From: an uncultured archaeon
GTDB lineage: Archaea; Iainarchaeota; Iainarchaeia; Iainarchaeales; Iainarchaeaceae
NCBI GenBank assembly: GCA_902386385.1
Contig: CABMIU010000013.1
Location: forward strand, 1,667-65,666
Reading direction: 5' to 3'
DNA: 64,000 nucleotides
Below are positions 30,787 through 41,049 of this stretch, one piece after another (position 1 is the stretch's first letter; the number at the start of each line of letters is the position of its first letter). The translations under genes were made by a program, and so were the position numbers. A model generated the notes under the pieces. That model was not told where the DNA came from. It searched no databases and worked only from the letters and a program-made list of their open reading frames with translations.

Positions 30787-31746
30787 TCACCCGAACGATT
30801 TCAGGTCAACCGGGTCGAGCAGGAATAGAATGAAGCCGGCTGCGGAAACAAGGATGTAACCCGTGAAGAAAAAAATCATGGAAAGCGCCACAGCATGCTC
30901 CGGGCCGATTGAAAAGAACGAAAGCAGGAAAATCAGTGCCGCGTCCCTAGTGCCGATTCCGGAAAAGCTAACAGGGAGAATATCCACGAGCGAAATGACA
31001 GGAAAAATAAGGAGAACAGCCCAAAGCGAAAGGCCAATGGAAATAGACGCCGACAGGGCGAAGAACATCATGGTGCTTATTGTCCAGACAAGCAGGCCAG
31101 CTGCGACTGAAAGCCAGAATTCCTTTTTTGTGACCGAGGATTTTATTGATTTGAAAGCATTTGAAAAGCCTGAGGACAGCCTTGCCTTCTGGCCATCGGG
31201 AACAATCGCGTTGAAAACCGGCCGGAGAATGAGCTTGAGGTATTCCTCGCGGAACATGAGGAACACTCCCGCGGAAAAAACAAGCAATGCGAAAAGCAGC
31301 AGCGCGGGCGGCAGGACAAACACATTGTAAAGCCAGATGAATGAAACAGTTCCGGCAAAGGCAAAGGCAATCAGGATGCCGACATCAACGACACGGTCAA
31401 GGAGCACTGATGCAAGCCCCGCCGCGGTTCCATGAGAGCCCCTGAGGTAAAGCGCCTTCGCAAAATCGCCAAGCTTTCCAGGGGTGATGTTGCCTATGAA
31501 CAGGCCTATTAGAAAAAGGCGCAGCGCTTCAGTGAAAGGTATTCCGCTGCCCATGCTCTGCAGGACAAGCTTCCATTTCAGCGCTTTTGCCGAGACAAGG
31601 CACGCAAGCAGCAGGATGGAAAAAAGGTAGAAAACCGGGTCAGCCCCAAAAATTATTGAAAGCACCTTTGCGGAATCTATGCGCGATAGGATTGCGATAA
31701 AAAGCGCGACACTTGCAAGCGCTAAAAGCCTTTTCAGCAAGCCCAC
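30787..31746 (-). CDS. UPF0104 / lysylphosphatidylglycerol synthase TM-region membrane protein
   Basis: KWK, TPGKLGD, LDRVVD, LPVSFSGIGTRD. Confidence 0.85.
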   Translation of the reverse strand: MGLLKRLLALASVALFIAILSRIDSAKVLSIIFGADPVFYLFSILLLACLVSAKALKWKLVLQSMGSGIPFTEALRLFLIGLFIGNITPGKLGDFAKALYLRGSHGTAAGLASVLLDRVVDVGILIAFAFAGTVSFIWLYNVFVLPPALLLFALLVFSAGVFLMFREEYLKLILRPVFNAIVPDGQKARLSSGFSNAFKSIKSSVTKKEFWLSVAAGLLVWTISTMMFFALSASISIGLSLWAVLLIFPVISLVDILPVSFSGIGTRDAALIFLLSFFSIGPEHAVALSMIFFFTGYILVSAAGFILFLLDPVDLKSFG

Positions 31747-31751
31747 GAATT

Positions 31752-32699
31752 TCAGCCCTTCTTGTCAAAAAATGCCTTTTTCTGGAAATAAAGCGCCTCT
31801 TCCTGCACCTTGCGGTTCCGCTTTATCAGCTCTGCAAGAAGGCCCATCACCATTGCCTCGAAGCCGAGTATGAGAAGGAGGGCTGAGACAAGGGCACTCG
31901 GGATGTAAGGCGAAACCATGCCCGTGTTGAGGAAATGCACAAGCACCCTGAAGCCGAATGCAAAGCCGGCGATGCAGAGCAGCAATCCGAGCGAAAAGAA
32001 CACGCGCAGGGGCCGGTAATTGAGGTATGCAACCATTATCGTGAGACCGACCCTGCGCGCATATGAAAATACGTTTGAAATCAGCCTTGACTTGCCCTCG
32101 CGCTTCCTGAAATCAACAGGCACCTCGGTTACCCTGAGCCTTTTTTCATGTGCCTCAAGTATTGTTTCCTGGGTATAAGTGTAATCCGAAAAAACATTTA
32201 TCCTGAGGGCGGCTTCCCTGGAAAATGCCCTGAACCCGGTCTGGGTGTCAGTGAGCGGCAGCCCGGTAATGGTGCGCATGATGAAAGAAACAGAGAGGTT
32301 CCCTAACCTATTCTGGAGCGGCATGAACTCGATGCTTCCCGCAAAGCGCGAGCCAAGCACGATATCCGCGTTGCCTTCAATTATCGGCTTGACGAGAGCA
32401 GGAATTTGTTTCTGGTTGTACTGGAAATCCGCATCAGTGTTCACTATTATGTCCGCGCCAATTTCCAGGGCGGTTTTCATGCCCCTGGAGAAGGTGAATG
32501 CGAGGCCGCAGTTTTCCATGTTCCTTATTACCTTCGCCCCGGCTTTTTTGGCTTCTTTCCCGGTTGAATCTGTTGAGCCGTCATCTATAACAAGAACTTC
32601 GGTCGAATCGACCCCCGCTATTTTTTCCGGAATCTCGGCTATTACCCTGCTGATTGTGCCCTGCTCGTTGTAAGCCGGGATTGTTATTACGAGCTTCAT
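31752..32699 (-). CDS. GT2 polyprenyl-phosphate glycosyltransferase with two C-terminal TMs
   Basis: IPAYNE, DDGSTD, NTDADFQY, DTQTGFRA, C-terminal TM pair. Confidence 0.88.
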   Translation of the reverse strand: MKLVITIPAYNEQGTISRVIAEIPEKIAGVDSTEVLVIDDGSTDSTGKEAKKAGAKVIRNMENCGLAFTFSRGMKTALEIGADIIVNTDADFQYNQKQIPALVKPIIEGNADIVLGSRFAGSIEFMPLQNRLGNLSVSFIMRTITGLPLTDTQTGFRAFSREAALRINVFSDYTYTQETILEAHEKRLRVTEVPVDFRKREGKSRLISNVFSYARRVGLTIMVAYLNYRPLRVFFSLGLLLCIAGFAFGFRVLVHFLNTGMVSPYIPSALVSALLLILGFEAMVMGLLAELIKRNRKVQEEALYFQKKAFFDKKG

Positions 32700-32810
32700 G
32701 CTACGATATCGCACAATTTGAATTAAAAAGAATTGCGGGTGGCGGCATTTTGGCACAATATCAATCTAGTGCAAACAAACCAGACAAAACCGAACTATGC
32801 CAATGCCCGG

Positions 32811-34430
32811 TCAATTGCCAGCCTTGAGGTAAACAGTGAATTTTTTGTACGTGAACAAGACAGGATAATCCAGCTTCCCCCGGAAATAATCTGAATTTGC
32901 CGCGACATATTTTACAGGCGCATTGCGAATGCACTCAAAGCAGCCGCCCGCGACTATTTCCTTCTGCTTTTCCATCCTGCCCATCATCTCCGCGTAATCC
33001 GCCCCGGAATAATAAAGCATCCTTACATGGCTCATGCCGTGGCTGGAAGCGGGACTGTAGGAAACCTTGTTCGCGAATTCTGAAATTTTCCCTGAACCCT
33101 GCGAGATTACAAGCACGCTTGAAAGCGAAGGGTCGAATTCCCTGAAAGCCACGGAAAACTCGGATTCTTCATGGCTTATTTTCGAGCCCTGCCTGTAATG
33201 GTTCAGTATCGATGAAGTTGAAAAGAAAAAAAGCGACAGCAGGAGGAGAATGCCAAGTGATGCAGCCAATTTCCTGCCGCCGAGGTTCAGGCGCAAAACG
33301 AATGAAGCTGCCAGGAAGAGCACCGAAAGCAGGGCTACCTCGACCACCTTGCCTGAAAGCATTACCCCCATAAACCCGAGGGCAAAATACAGTGCAATGC
33401 CCGCGCAAAGGGAAACAAGAAGCATTTTCTCCGTCTTCGAAAATTCACTGCGGGCTGCCGCAAAGTATGCCCCCAAAGCAAAGAAAACAACGGATGGCAC
33501 AACGCCTATCCACGGCGGAAGGATTACTGCTGCATTGAAAAAATTATACGGCCCTGTTGAAACATCAAAAGGCTGTTTTGTGTTTCCAGCAATGATATTG
33601 AAAGCTATGGGCGCATAATTCAGGTAAAGTGCCGGGGCAGAGGCAGCAAGCGAGAGGCCGAGAGGCAGGATGGAAAACCTTTCAAGGAACAGGAAAATCA
33701 CGGCAAGGAAAACAACACAATTGAATGCCGCAGCGGGATTTAGGAAAAATATCGCGGGCAGCAGGAGCAGCGGCATTGGGCTTTTCTTCAGAAGGAAGCA
33801 GAATGCGAAAAGCATGAAAGCGGTTGCCATGAGCCAGGAATATTCGCCGTTGTAAAGGTTTTCGAAAACCAGCTTTGTCCCGAAGAAAAGAAAGCCTGCC
33901 ACTAACCCTGCCTTTTCACTCCTGAACAGTTCCCTCGAAAATGCCCAAACACCAAAAAGCTGGAGAACGCCTGCGACAACCCCTATAAGCCAGGCCCACA
34001 GGTAAACCGGCATGGCCGGAAAAACATCAGAAAACGCGTTCACGATAAGAGGAAAGCCGATTTGGTATGAAAAGTTCAGCGGGAAATAAGGGCGATAATC
34101 AAGCGGTATCTTTTCGCCGAGGAGTGAAACAGTCATTGACACCGCGGAATCTGCGCTGGCGGGAAAAAAAGGGGTAATGAGGAGCACAGGGTAGGAAAGC
34201 AATGCCGCAAGAAGCAGGGCGAGGACAAAAGCTTCTTTTGGCAGGGCAAAATCCTCGCGCCAAAGTTTTCCAAAAGCAAAAAAAGAAATAACGACTGAAG
34301 CGGCAAGGCAAAAATACGAGTTGAGCCAGAAAAATCCAGAAAACCCGGAAACAACCATCAGCGCAGGAAAAAACACCAGCAGGAAAAAAACTGCCTTTGA
34401 AAGGAGAACACTCAAGTTTTCGGCTTTCAC
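32811..34430 (-). CDS. Multi-pass membrane protein, probable GT-C glycosyltransferase
   Basis: 12 or more TMs, ADS..YQIGF loop after early TMs, soluble C-terminal domain like other GT-C proteins. Confidence 0.55.
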   Translation of the reverse strand: MKAENLSVLLSKAVFFLLVFFPALMVVSGFSGFFWLNSYFCLAASVVISFFAFGKLWREDFALPKEAFVLALLLAALLSYPVLLITPFFPASADSAVSMTVSLLGEKIPLDYRPYFPLNFSYQIGFPLIVNAFSDVFPAMPVYLWAWLIGVVAGVLQLFGVWAFSRELFRSEKAGLVAGFLFFGTKLVFENLYNGEYSWLMATAFMLFAFCFLLKKSPMPLLLLPAIFFLNPAAAFNCVVFLAVIFLFLERFSILPLGLSLAASAPALYLNYAPIAFNIIAGNTKQPFDVSTGPYNFFNAAVILPPWIGVVPSVVFFALGAYFAAARSEFSKTEKMLLVSLCAGIALYFALGFMGVMLSGKVVEVALLSVLFLAASFVLRLNLGGRKLAASLGILLLLSLFFFSTSSILNHYRQGSKISHEESEFSVAFREFDPSLSSVLVISQGSGKISEFANKVSYSPASSHGMSHVRMLYYSGADYAEMMGRMEKQKEIVAGGCFECIRNAPVKYVAANSDYFRGKLDYPVLFTYKKFTVYLKAGN

Positions 34431-34551
34431 TCAAAACACTCCACGCCCTGAAACAAACGCCACATGCTTTGGCCTTGCCGTCTTTTTTACAATAAATGCA
34501 TTTGTGAGGTAAGCAATATAAACAATGGTTAGCACATACAATTGGGAAAAC

Positions 34552-35277
34552 ATGAAATCCGTTCCTGTGAAATCAATTTCCATTGTCCTGCCAACATACA
34601 ACGAGAAAAAAAACATCGAAATTCTCGTGCCGGAAATATCAGAATACCTTGCAAAGTCAAGGGCGGATTATGAAATAATCATCGTGGACGACAATTCGCC
34701 TGACGGCACTTCAGAAACTGCCATGGAACTCTCCAAAAAAAACCGTAAAATAAGGCTCGTGAAAAACACTGAAAAAAAAGGCATTGGCTTCGCCCTGAGG
34801 AAAGGCATTGAGTCGGCAAAAAAAGAAATAATCCTGACAATGGATGCGGACTGCTCGATTAAGCCGCGGGAAATCGGGCTGCTTCTCGCCGAGATTGAAA
34901 AAGGGAATGATTTTGTCGTAGGCTCGAAATACCTCATAGGGGCGGTGTATGAAAAAGGCAATTTTCCGCTCTTTGCAAAAGCCATAATAAGCGAGGCGGG
35001 AAACCGCTACATTTCCATCGTTTCAGGCGTCCCGATAAGGGATTTTTCACTCAATTTCAGGGCGTTCAGAAGGGAGGTAGCGGAGAGCACAAAGCCGGAC
35101 GATAACAAGAATTTTTTCCTGGTGCAGCAGGTGATACAGGCGCACAAAAAAGGGTTCAGCATAAAGGACGTGCCGGTTTCATTCCTTGAAAGGAAATACG
35201 GCGAGTCTAAAACGAAAATATGGGGCCAGTCCTTCAGGTTTTTCTGGGGATGCCTCGCGGAATCATTCCTGAAGTAG
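34552..35277 (+). CDS. Dolichol-phosphate mannosyltransferase-like GT2 (DPM1 type)
   Basis: LPTYNEKKNI, VDDNSPDGT, MDAD, RKYGESK. Confidence 0.88.
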   Translation: MKSVPVKSISIVLPTYNEKKNIEILVPEISEYLAKSRADYEIIIVDDNSPDGTSETAMELSKKNRKIRLVKNTEKKGIGFALRKGIESAKKEIILTMDADCSIKPREIGLLLAEIEKGNDFVVGSKYLIGAVYEKGNFPLFAKAIISEAGNRYISIVSGVPIRDFSLNFRAFRREVAESTKPDDNKNFFLVQQVIQAHKKGFSIKDVPVSFLERKYGESKTKIWGQSFRFFWGCLAESFLK

Positions 35278-35324
35278 ATGGCGGATATTTATAATATCAT
35301 ATATTATACGGCAAAATGGCAGAA

Positions 35325-36275
35325 TCAATTTTGCTTAAGCCCTGCATGCATCCTGCTCCTGAAATAATCTATTGAAATCGCGAGGCCTTCCTCCAGGCTT
35401 GTTTTAGGATGCCAGCCAAGGGTTTTTTTTGCGAGCGAGATGTCCGGCATCCTGCGCTCAGGGTCATCCTGAGGAAGGCCCTCAAACACGATTTTTGACC
35501 CGCTTCCCGCAAGCGAAACCACGAGGTTCGCAAGCTCGAGCATTGTCGTTTCCCTCGGGTTGCCGAGGTTCATCGGCCCCTGCTCCTCTGAGGCCATTAG
35601 CCGGTCAAGCCCGTCCACGAGGTCGGAAACATAGCAGAAGCTGCGTGTCTGGCTCCCGTTGCCATAGACCGTTATCGGCTCGTTGCCCAGTGCCTGGCAG
35701 ATGAAATTAGGAACGACCCTGCCATCGTTAGCGCGCATCTTCGGGCCGTAGGTATTGAATATCCTCGCGATTTTCGCGTCCACGCCGTAAACGCGCCGGT
35801 AGGAGGAGCACATTGCCTCGCCGAAGCGCTTGGCTTCGTCATAGCAGCTGCGCGGGCCTATCGGGTTGACATTGCCCCAGTAGGATTCCTTCTGCGGGTG
35901 CTCGAGGGGGTTTCCGTAAACTTCCGATGTGGAAGCAAAAAGTATCTTTGCATCGCTTTTCCTCGCAAGCTCCAGAAGGTTTTTCACCCCCACGGAGCCG
36001 GCATCAAGTGTCTGTATCGGTTTTTCCTGGTAATCAATTGGCGAGGCAGGTGACGCGAGATTGTAAATGCAGCCGACTTTCGGCGCCCTGAAAGGCTTTG
36101 AAATGTCGGCCTTGACAAAATGGAAATTCTTTTTCTTTGAAAGCGGCAGTATGTTTTCCCTGAAGCCGGTTGAAAGGTTGTCAATGCAGTAAACCGTGTC
36201 ACCCCTTTCAACGAGAAGGCTGCACAAATGCGAGCCAATGAGCCCGGCGCCGCCGGCAACAGCGATTCTTGCCAT
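35325..36275 (-). CDS. UDP-glucuronate decarboxylase (UDP-xylose synthase)
   Basis: NLASPASP, STSEVYG, YWGNVNPIGPRSCYDEAKR, RIFNTYGP, QTRSFCYVSD, DDPERR. Confidence 0.92.
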   Translation of the reverse strand: MARIAVAGGAGLIGSHLCSLLVERGDTVYCIDNLSTGFRENILPLSKKKNFHFVKADISKPFRAPKVGCIYNLASPASPIDYQEKPIQTLDAGSVGVKNLLELARKSDAKILFASTSEVYGNPLEHPQKESYWGNVNPIGPRSCYDEAKRFGEAMCSSYRRVYGVDAKIARIFNTYGPKMRANDGRVVPNFICQALGNEPITVYGNGSQTRSFCYVSDLVDGLDRLMASEEQGPMNLGNPRETTMLELANLVVSLAGSGSKIVFEGLPQDDPERRMPDISLAKKTLGWHPKTSLEEGLAISIDYFRSRMHAGLKQN

Positions 36276-36335
36276 GGAAACCAACAGAGCATTTAATATG
36301 GATTTGTTTTTAACCTAACTGTCAGGTGCACGGGA

Positions 36336-36902
36336 ATGGCGGAAGAAGGGCTTCTCACGGGATTTCTGATAAGGCAGAGGAACACGGAAGTCGCAAGGAG
36401 GGTTTCAGGTAAAAGCGTCCTGGACATCGGGTGTGAGCGCGGCTCTCTCAAAAGGTTCCTGCCAAAGGGAATAAGCTACACCGGAATGGACCTGCTCCCG
36501 AGGGAAAAATTCAGGCCTGATTTCGGGTATTTCACCGCTGACATACAGAAAGGTATTCCTGAAGAGCTCCTGTCGAAATTCGACTGCGTGGCCATGGCCG
36601 CGGTTGTGGAGCACCTGACAAAGCCGGAAAAGGCAATGGAAAACTGCTTCAAAGCCCTGATGCCGGGGGGCATGCTAATCATTACAACGCCGACAAAAAG
36701 AGGGGACTGGCTGCACAAGCTCCTCAGCAGGATAGGATTGGTTTCATCAGACGCTGCGGAAGACCACCAAAAAATATTCGAAATGCAGGAGCTTAAAGGA
36801 CTGATTGAAAAAAAAGGATTCAATGTGCTAGAGACATCTGAATTCCAGCTAGGCATGAACCAGCTCGTGGTCGCGGAAAAGCCTGGCAAGTCCAGCAAAT
36901 AA
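36336..36902 (+). CDS. Class I SAM-dependent methyltransferase
   Basis: VLDIGC, AVVEHL, PGGMLIITTP. Confidence 0.85.
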   Translation: MAEEGLLTGFLIRQRNTEVARRVSGKSVLDIGCERGSLKRFLPKGISYTGMDLLPREKFRPDFGYFTADIQKGIPEELLSKFDCVAMAAVVEHLTKPEKAMENCFKALMPGGMLIITTPTKRGDWLHKLLSRIGLVSSDAAEDHQKIFEMQELKGLIEKKGFNVLETSEFQLGMNQLVVAEKPGKSSK

Positions 36903-36977
36903 ATTGATTTGCCTTATGTACCCTCGCATAGGGTACGACGTCCGCTTCACCAAGCGGGGCACGCGCTTGCGGCAGAC

Positions 36978-37718
36978 CTATCCGCCGCTGAATTCTTCCC
37001 TTGCCTTGCCTAGGCTCTCGAAAGAGCCTATGTCGTACCATTTTTCCTTGAAAACAAAAGCAAAAATAGGCCTGTGGCCAGCGAGCCATTTTATGAAATC
37101 CCCTGAGTTGTCCGGCTTGTTCCCGAACTCTATGTACTTCGTGATTTCCTTCACGTCATTGCGAGAAAAGATGTAGCATGCAGTTGCTGCGAGCGTCCCT
37201 TTCGGCTCCTGCGGCTTCTCCTCGAAGCCGATTATTTTCAGGTCATTGCCTGCCTCGACAACCCCGAACTTGCCCCTGACCTCTTCCTTCGAGCCCATGT
37301 CCTTGCACGCGACAACAGAGGCTTTTTTCTGCTGGAAAAATTTATAAAAGTCCGCGAGCTTGTACTCGAAGAGGTTGTCCCCCGCGATTACAAGGAGGTC
37401 GTCATCAATCTTCGCTTCCTGAATCGCATAATGCATGTCCCCGACGGCGCCTTTGCGGTCATCGTTCGATTTTGTCATGTCATCTATAACCTTGACCTTC
37501 AGGCTGTGCTTCTGCTTTTGCGCCCACTCCTCAAAATCAGGGGCGAATTTCTCATTGGTTACGATAAAAACCTCGGAAAGTTCCTTTATTTCACAGAAAT
37601 GCGAGGAAATGTGGTCGATTATTGCCCTGCCCTTCACCTCGAGCATCGGCTTGGGCATGTTTTTTGTCAGGGGCCAGAGCCTCGTGGCGTAACCTGCCGC
37701 AAGAATGAGCGCCTTCAT
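36978..37718 (-). CDS. NDP-sugar nucleotidyltransferase
   Basis: ILAAGYATRLWPLT..PKPML, AGDN, FEEKP, WYDIG. Confidence 0.9.
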   Translation of the reverse strand: MKALILAAGYATRLWPLTKNMPKPMLEVKGRAIIDHISSHFCEIKELSEVFIVTNEKFAPDFEEWAQKQKHSLKVKVIDDMTKSNDDRKGAVGDMHYAIQEAKIDDDLLVIAGDNLFEYKLADFYKFFQQKKASVVACKDMGSKEEVRGKFGVVEAGNDLKIIGFEEKPQEPKGTLAATACYIFSRNDVKEITKYIEFGNKPDNSGDFIKWLAGHRPIFAFVFKEKWYDIGSFESLGKAREEFSGG

Positions 37719-39007
37719 TGCCGCCCAACCCCAATGTACTTGAAGCCCAAGGCCCTGAGCTTTGCGCTGTCAAGGCAGTTCCTCGCGTCAACAACAAGCT
37801 TTGATTTCATTGCGCGGCCAACCCTGGCGAAATCAAGCTCGAGGAACTCGTTCCACTCCGTGACAAGGACAATTGCGTCCGCGCCATCGGCAGCGGAATA
37901 AACGTCCTTAGCAAAATTTATCTTGCCGAGGATTTTTTTCGCATTCTCCTCCGCCACGGGGTCAACCGCCACAAAATCCGCCTTTTCCCTGCGGAGCGCC
38001 TCAACTATTTCTATCGATGGCGCCTCGCGCATGTCATCCGTGTCAGGCTTGAAGGCGAGGCCGAGGAGGGCTATTTTCTTCCCATTCAGGCTGCCAAGCT
38101 CTGCCTTGAGCTTCCTCACGGCGATGGTTTTCTGCATTGAATTTATCATCTCGGTGCCCCTGAGAAGCACGAAATCATATCCTGCCTCGTGCGCGGTGCG
38201 CTGCAATGCCTTGACATCCTTGGGAAAGCAGCTTCCGCCATAGCCTGAGCCTGCATTAAGGAAGTGCCGGCCTATTCTCCTGTCAAGACCCATTCCCCTC
38301 GCAACTTCTGAAACATCCGCCCCGACCTTTTCGCAAATCGCCGCGACCTCGTTGATGAATGAAATCTTAGTAGCGAGGAAGGCATTTGACGCGTATTTTA
38401 TCATCTCCGCGCTCTCAGGCGAAGTGACAAGGACCTCGCAGTCCAGCGGCCTGTACAAATCCGCGACAGCCCTTGCCGCTTCAGGGTCCGCGGAGCCGAT
38501 TACGACCCGGTCAGGCGCGAGGAAGTCCTTTACGGCGGAGCCCTCGCGCAGGAACTCTGGATTGGAAACAACACTCACCCTGAATTTCCCCTTTGAGGCC
38601 TTTTCAACCATAGCCCTTACCTTTTCGGAGGTGCCGACAGGGACAGTGCTCTTGTCCACGACTATTTTCCACGAGCCCATGTTGCGGCCTATGTCTTCCG
38701 CGGCCTGCATAACATATTTCAAATCAGCCTTGCCGTCATCGGCCTGCGGGGTGCCGACAGCGATGAAAATTATGTCAGAACCCTTTACCGCCTTCGCGGT
38801 GTCGGTCGTGAAGGAAAGCCTCTTTTCGGAAAGGTTCCTCTTCACGAGGTCACCGAGGCCAGGCTCATAAATCGGGATGACACCATTCTCTAGGCTGTGG
38901 ATTTTTTTCCTGTCGATGTCCACGCAAATAACGCTGTTGCCCAGGTCCGCGAAGCATGCTCCCGCGACAAGGCCTACATACCCTGTTCCTATGACTGCTA
39001 TCCTCAT
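37715..39007 (-). CDS. ugd: UDP-glucose 6-dehydrogenase
   Basis: GTGYVG, AVGTP, KSTVPVG, NPEFLREG, KYASNAFLATKISF, GGSCFPKD, FKPDTDD. Confidence 0.95.
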   Translation of the reverse strand: MRIAVIGTGYVGLVAGACFADLGNSVICVDIDRKKIHSLENGVIPIYEPGLGDLVKRNLSEKRLSFTTDTAKAVKGSDIIFIAVGTPQADDGKADLKYVMQAAEDIGRNMGSWKIVVDKSTVPVGTSEKVRAMVEKASKGKFRVSVVSNPEFLREGSAVKDFLAPDRVVIGSADPEAARAVADLYRPLDCEVLVTSPESAEMIKYASNAFLATKISFINEVAAICEKVGADVSEVARGMGLDRRIGRHFLNAGSGYGGSCFPKDVKALQRTAHEAGYDFVLLRGTEMINSMQKTIAVRKLKAELGSLNGKKIALLGLAFKPDTDDMREAPSIEIVEALRREKADFVAVDPVAEENAKKILGKINFAKDVYSAADGADAIVLVTEWNEFLELDFARVGRAMKSKLVVDARNCLDSAKLRALGFKYIGVGRQ

Positions 39008-39199
39008 TATGGAAAACCTGTTAAGGAAAAAAAGGAATTTACACTTAATGTTGGTTCTGCACGGCTTTTAAAGGAATTGGTGGTCCCGGGAATACTTGCC
39101 AAGCCACCAGAAAGGCAATGGAAATGGCCGCTTCTTGGGGCGTGCGACATTTAGGCCAACAGAAAATGTTATTATTGCTTTCCGACCAGATAATGCACC

Positions 39200-39982
39200 A
39201 TGAAAATAAGGCAGGCATTCGTCCTCGCTGGCGGAAAGGGGGAAAGGCTCAGGCCGTCTAATGCCCTGAAAAGCCACCTCACGCCGCTGATTTTGCGCAA
39301 GCAGCTCACGGACGAGATTCCGAAACCCCTTGTCCTTGTCGCCGGCAAGCCGATTTTAGAGTACAACATCGAACTCCTCGCCTCACACGGCGTGAAGGAA
39401 ATAATCCTCGCAACCGGGTACATGCACAATAAAATCGAGGAACACTTCGGCGACGGAAGGAATTTCGGGGTCGAAATAATTTACTCGGAGGAGAAGGAGC
39501 CGCTTGGCACCGGAGGCGCTCTCAAGGCAGCGGAAAATATGCTTGATGAAAGCTTTTTCATGGTGAACGGCGACAACATCGCGGACTTCCACCTTTCGGA
39601 AATGGCGAAAAAACATTTCACGAAAAAGGCGCAGGCCACAATCGCCCTTACAGAAGTGGATGACATTTCCGGTTTCGGTGTAGCGAAAGTTGATGGGGAA
39701 AGGATACTCGAGTTTGTGGAGAAGCCGGAGAAAGGGAAGGAAACTGGCAGGTTCGTGAATGCGGGAACATATGTGATTGAAAAGAAGGCACTGGAGCTCC
39801 TTCCGGAAGGGTTCAGCCTAATCGAGAAGGCGATGTTCCCGCAGCTTGCAAAGGCGGGAAAGCTCTACTGCCACATGCACAAGGGACTCTGGCTTACCAC
39901 GGACACTTTCGAGCGCCTCGAGAGGGCGGAGAACGCCATTATTGCAGGGGCAAAGGCGAACCAAAAAGGATTTAACCAATAA
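39200..39982 (+). CDS. Nucleotidyltransferase (mannose-1-phosphate guanylyltransferase-like) carrying a 16-aa insertion in the signature motif
   Basis: LAGGKGERLRP[16 aa]LTDEIPKPL, PLGTGGAL, NGD, FVEKP, VNAG. Confidence 0.88.
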   Translation: MKIRQAFVLAGGKGERLRPSNALKSHLTPLILRKQLTDEIPKPLVLVAGKPILEYNIELLASHGVKEIILATGYMHNKIEEHFGDGRNFGVEIIYSEEKEPLGTGGALKAAENMLDESFFMVNGDNIADFHLSEMAKKHFTKKAQATIALTEVDDISGFGVAKVDGERILEFVEKPEKGKETGRFVNAGTYVIEKKALELLPEGFSLIEKAMFPQLAKAGKLYCHMHKGLWLTTDTFERLERAENAIIAGAKANQKGFNQ

Positions 39983-40071
39983 GAAAGGGAGTTATACTTT
40001 GGGCCGGAGGCCGGACATTAAAATACCACTGCCCAAAGGCCAAGAATGGAAATGTGATTCAGGGCGTTGAA

Positions 40072-41049
40072 ATGGAAAAAATTCTCGTCACCGGCGGATG
40101 CGGGTTCATCGGAAGCAACTTCATCAGGATGCTGCTCCGCGAAACAGGCATCGAGGTCGTAAATTTCGACCTGCTCACTTACGCGGGAAACCCGAACAAC
40201 CTCAAAGGCATTGCGCAAAACCCTGGCTGGAAAAAAAGGTACAAATTCGTGAAGGGGGACATTGCCGACCCGAAAACGGTTTCAATGGCACTCGATGGAG
40301 TTGACACGGTTTTCAATTTCGCGGCGGAGAGCCATGTGGACAACTCGATAAGGGATGCCTCGGCATTCGTGCGCACCAACGTGCAGGGCACAAAGAACAT
40401 GGTTGAATGCGCGATGAAAGCGGGGGTGCAGAGGCTCCTGCAGGTCGGCACTGACGAGGTTTACGGCTCGGTTGAAAAAGGTTCTTCGAAGGAAACCGAC
40501 AGGCTAGAGCCCCGCAATCCATACTCAGCGACAAAAGCCGCTTCGGACCTTATTGCCATGAGCTACTGCACGACATTCGGCTTTGACGTTGTTGTTACGC
40601 GCAGCTCGAACAACTACGGGCCTTACCAGTACCCCGAAAAAGTGATACCGCTTTTCGTGACAAACCTGATTGAAGGGAAGAAGGTCCCGCTCTACGGGGA
40701 CGGGAAGAATGTGCGGGACTGGTTACATGTCGATGACAACTGCCGCGGAATCCTGCTCGCGGGGCAGAAGGGAAAGAAAGGCGGAATCTACAATATCGGC
40801 GGCGGCAACGAAGTCCGAAACATTGAACTCACAAGGAAAATCATCTCGCTAATGGGGAAGGGAGAGGAAATGATTCTGCCTGTCGAGGACCGAAAAGGCC
40901 ATGACCTGCGCTACTCGCTCGACAGCACGAAAATGCATTCGCTCGGCTGGAAGGCCCAGAAGAAATTCGATGACGGCCTGAAGGAAACCGTGCAGTGGTA
41001 CAGGGACAATGAGGCATGGTGGAAGCCGCTGAAGGAGGCGAGAACATGA
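40072..41049 (+). CDS. rfbB: dTDP-glucose 4,6-dehydratase
   Basis: DLLTYAGN, FAAESHVD, TDEVYG, YSATKA, NNYGPYQYPEK, RDWLHV, GHDLRY. Confidence 0.95.
   Translation: MEKILVTGGCGFIGSNFIRMLLRETGIEVVNFDLLTYAGNPNNLKGIAQNPGWKKRYKFVKGDIADPKTVSMALDGVDTVFNFAAESHVDNSIRDASAFVRTNVQGTKNMVECAMKAGVQRLLQVGTDEVYGSVEKGSSKETDRLEPRNPYSATKAASDLIAMSYCTTFGFDVVVTRSSNNYGPYQYPEKVIPLFVTNLIEGKKVPLYGDGKNVRDWLHVDDNCRGILLAGQKGKKGGIYNIGGGNEVRNIELTRKIISLMGKGEEMILPVEDRKGHDLRYSLDSTKMHSLGWKAQKKFDDGLKETVQWYRDNEAWWKPLKEART

Noticed and set aside
34431-34616. 61-aa ORF in frame with and abutting the GT-C-like gene via TGA (possible read-through)
   Set aside because: It overlaps the divergent DPM1-like gene and its promoter region; the downstream gene has its own plausible GTG start
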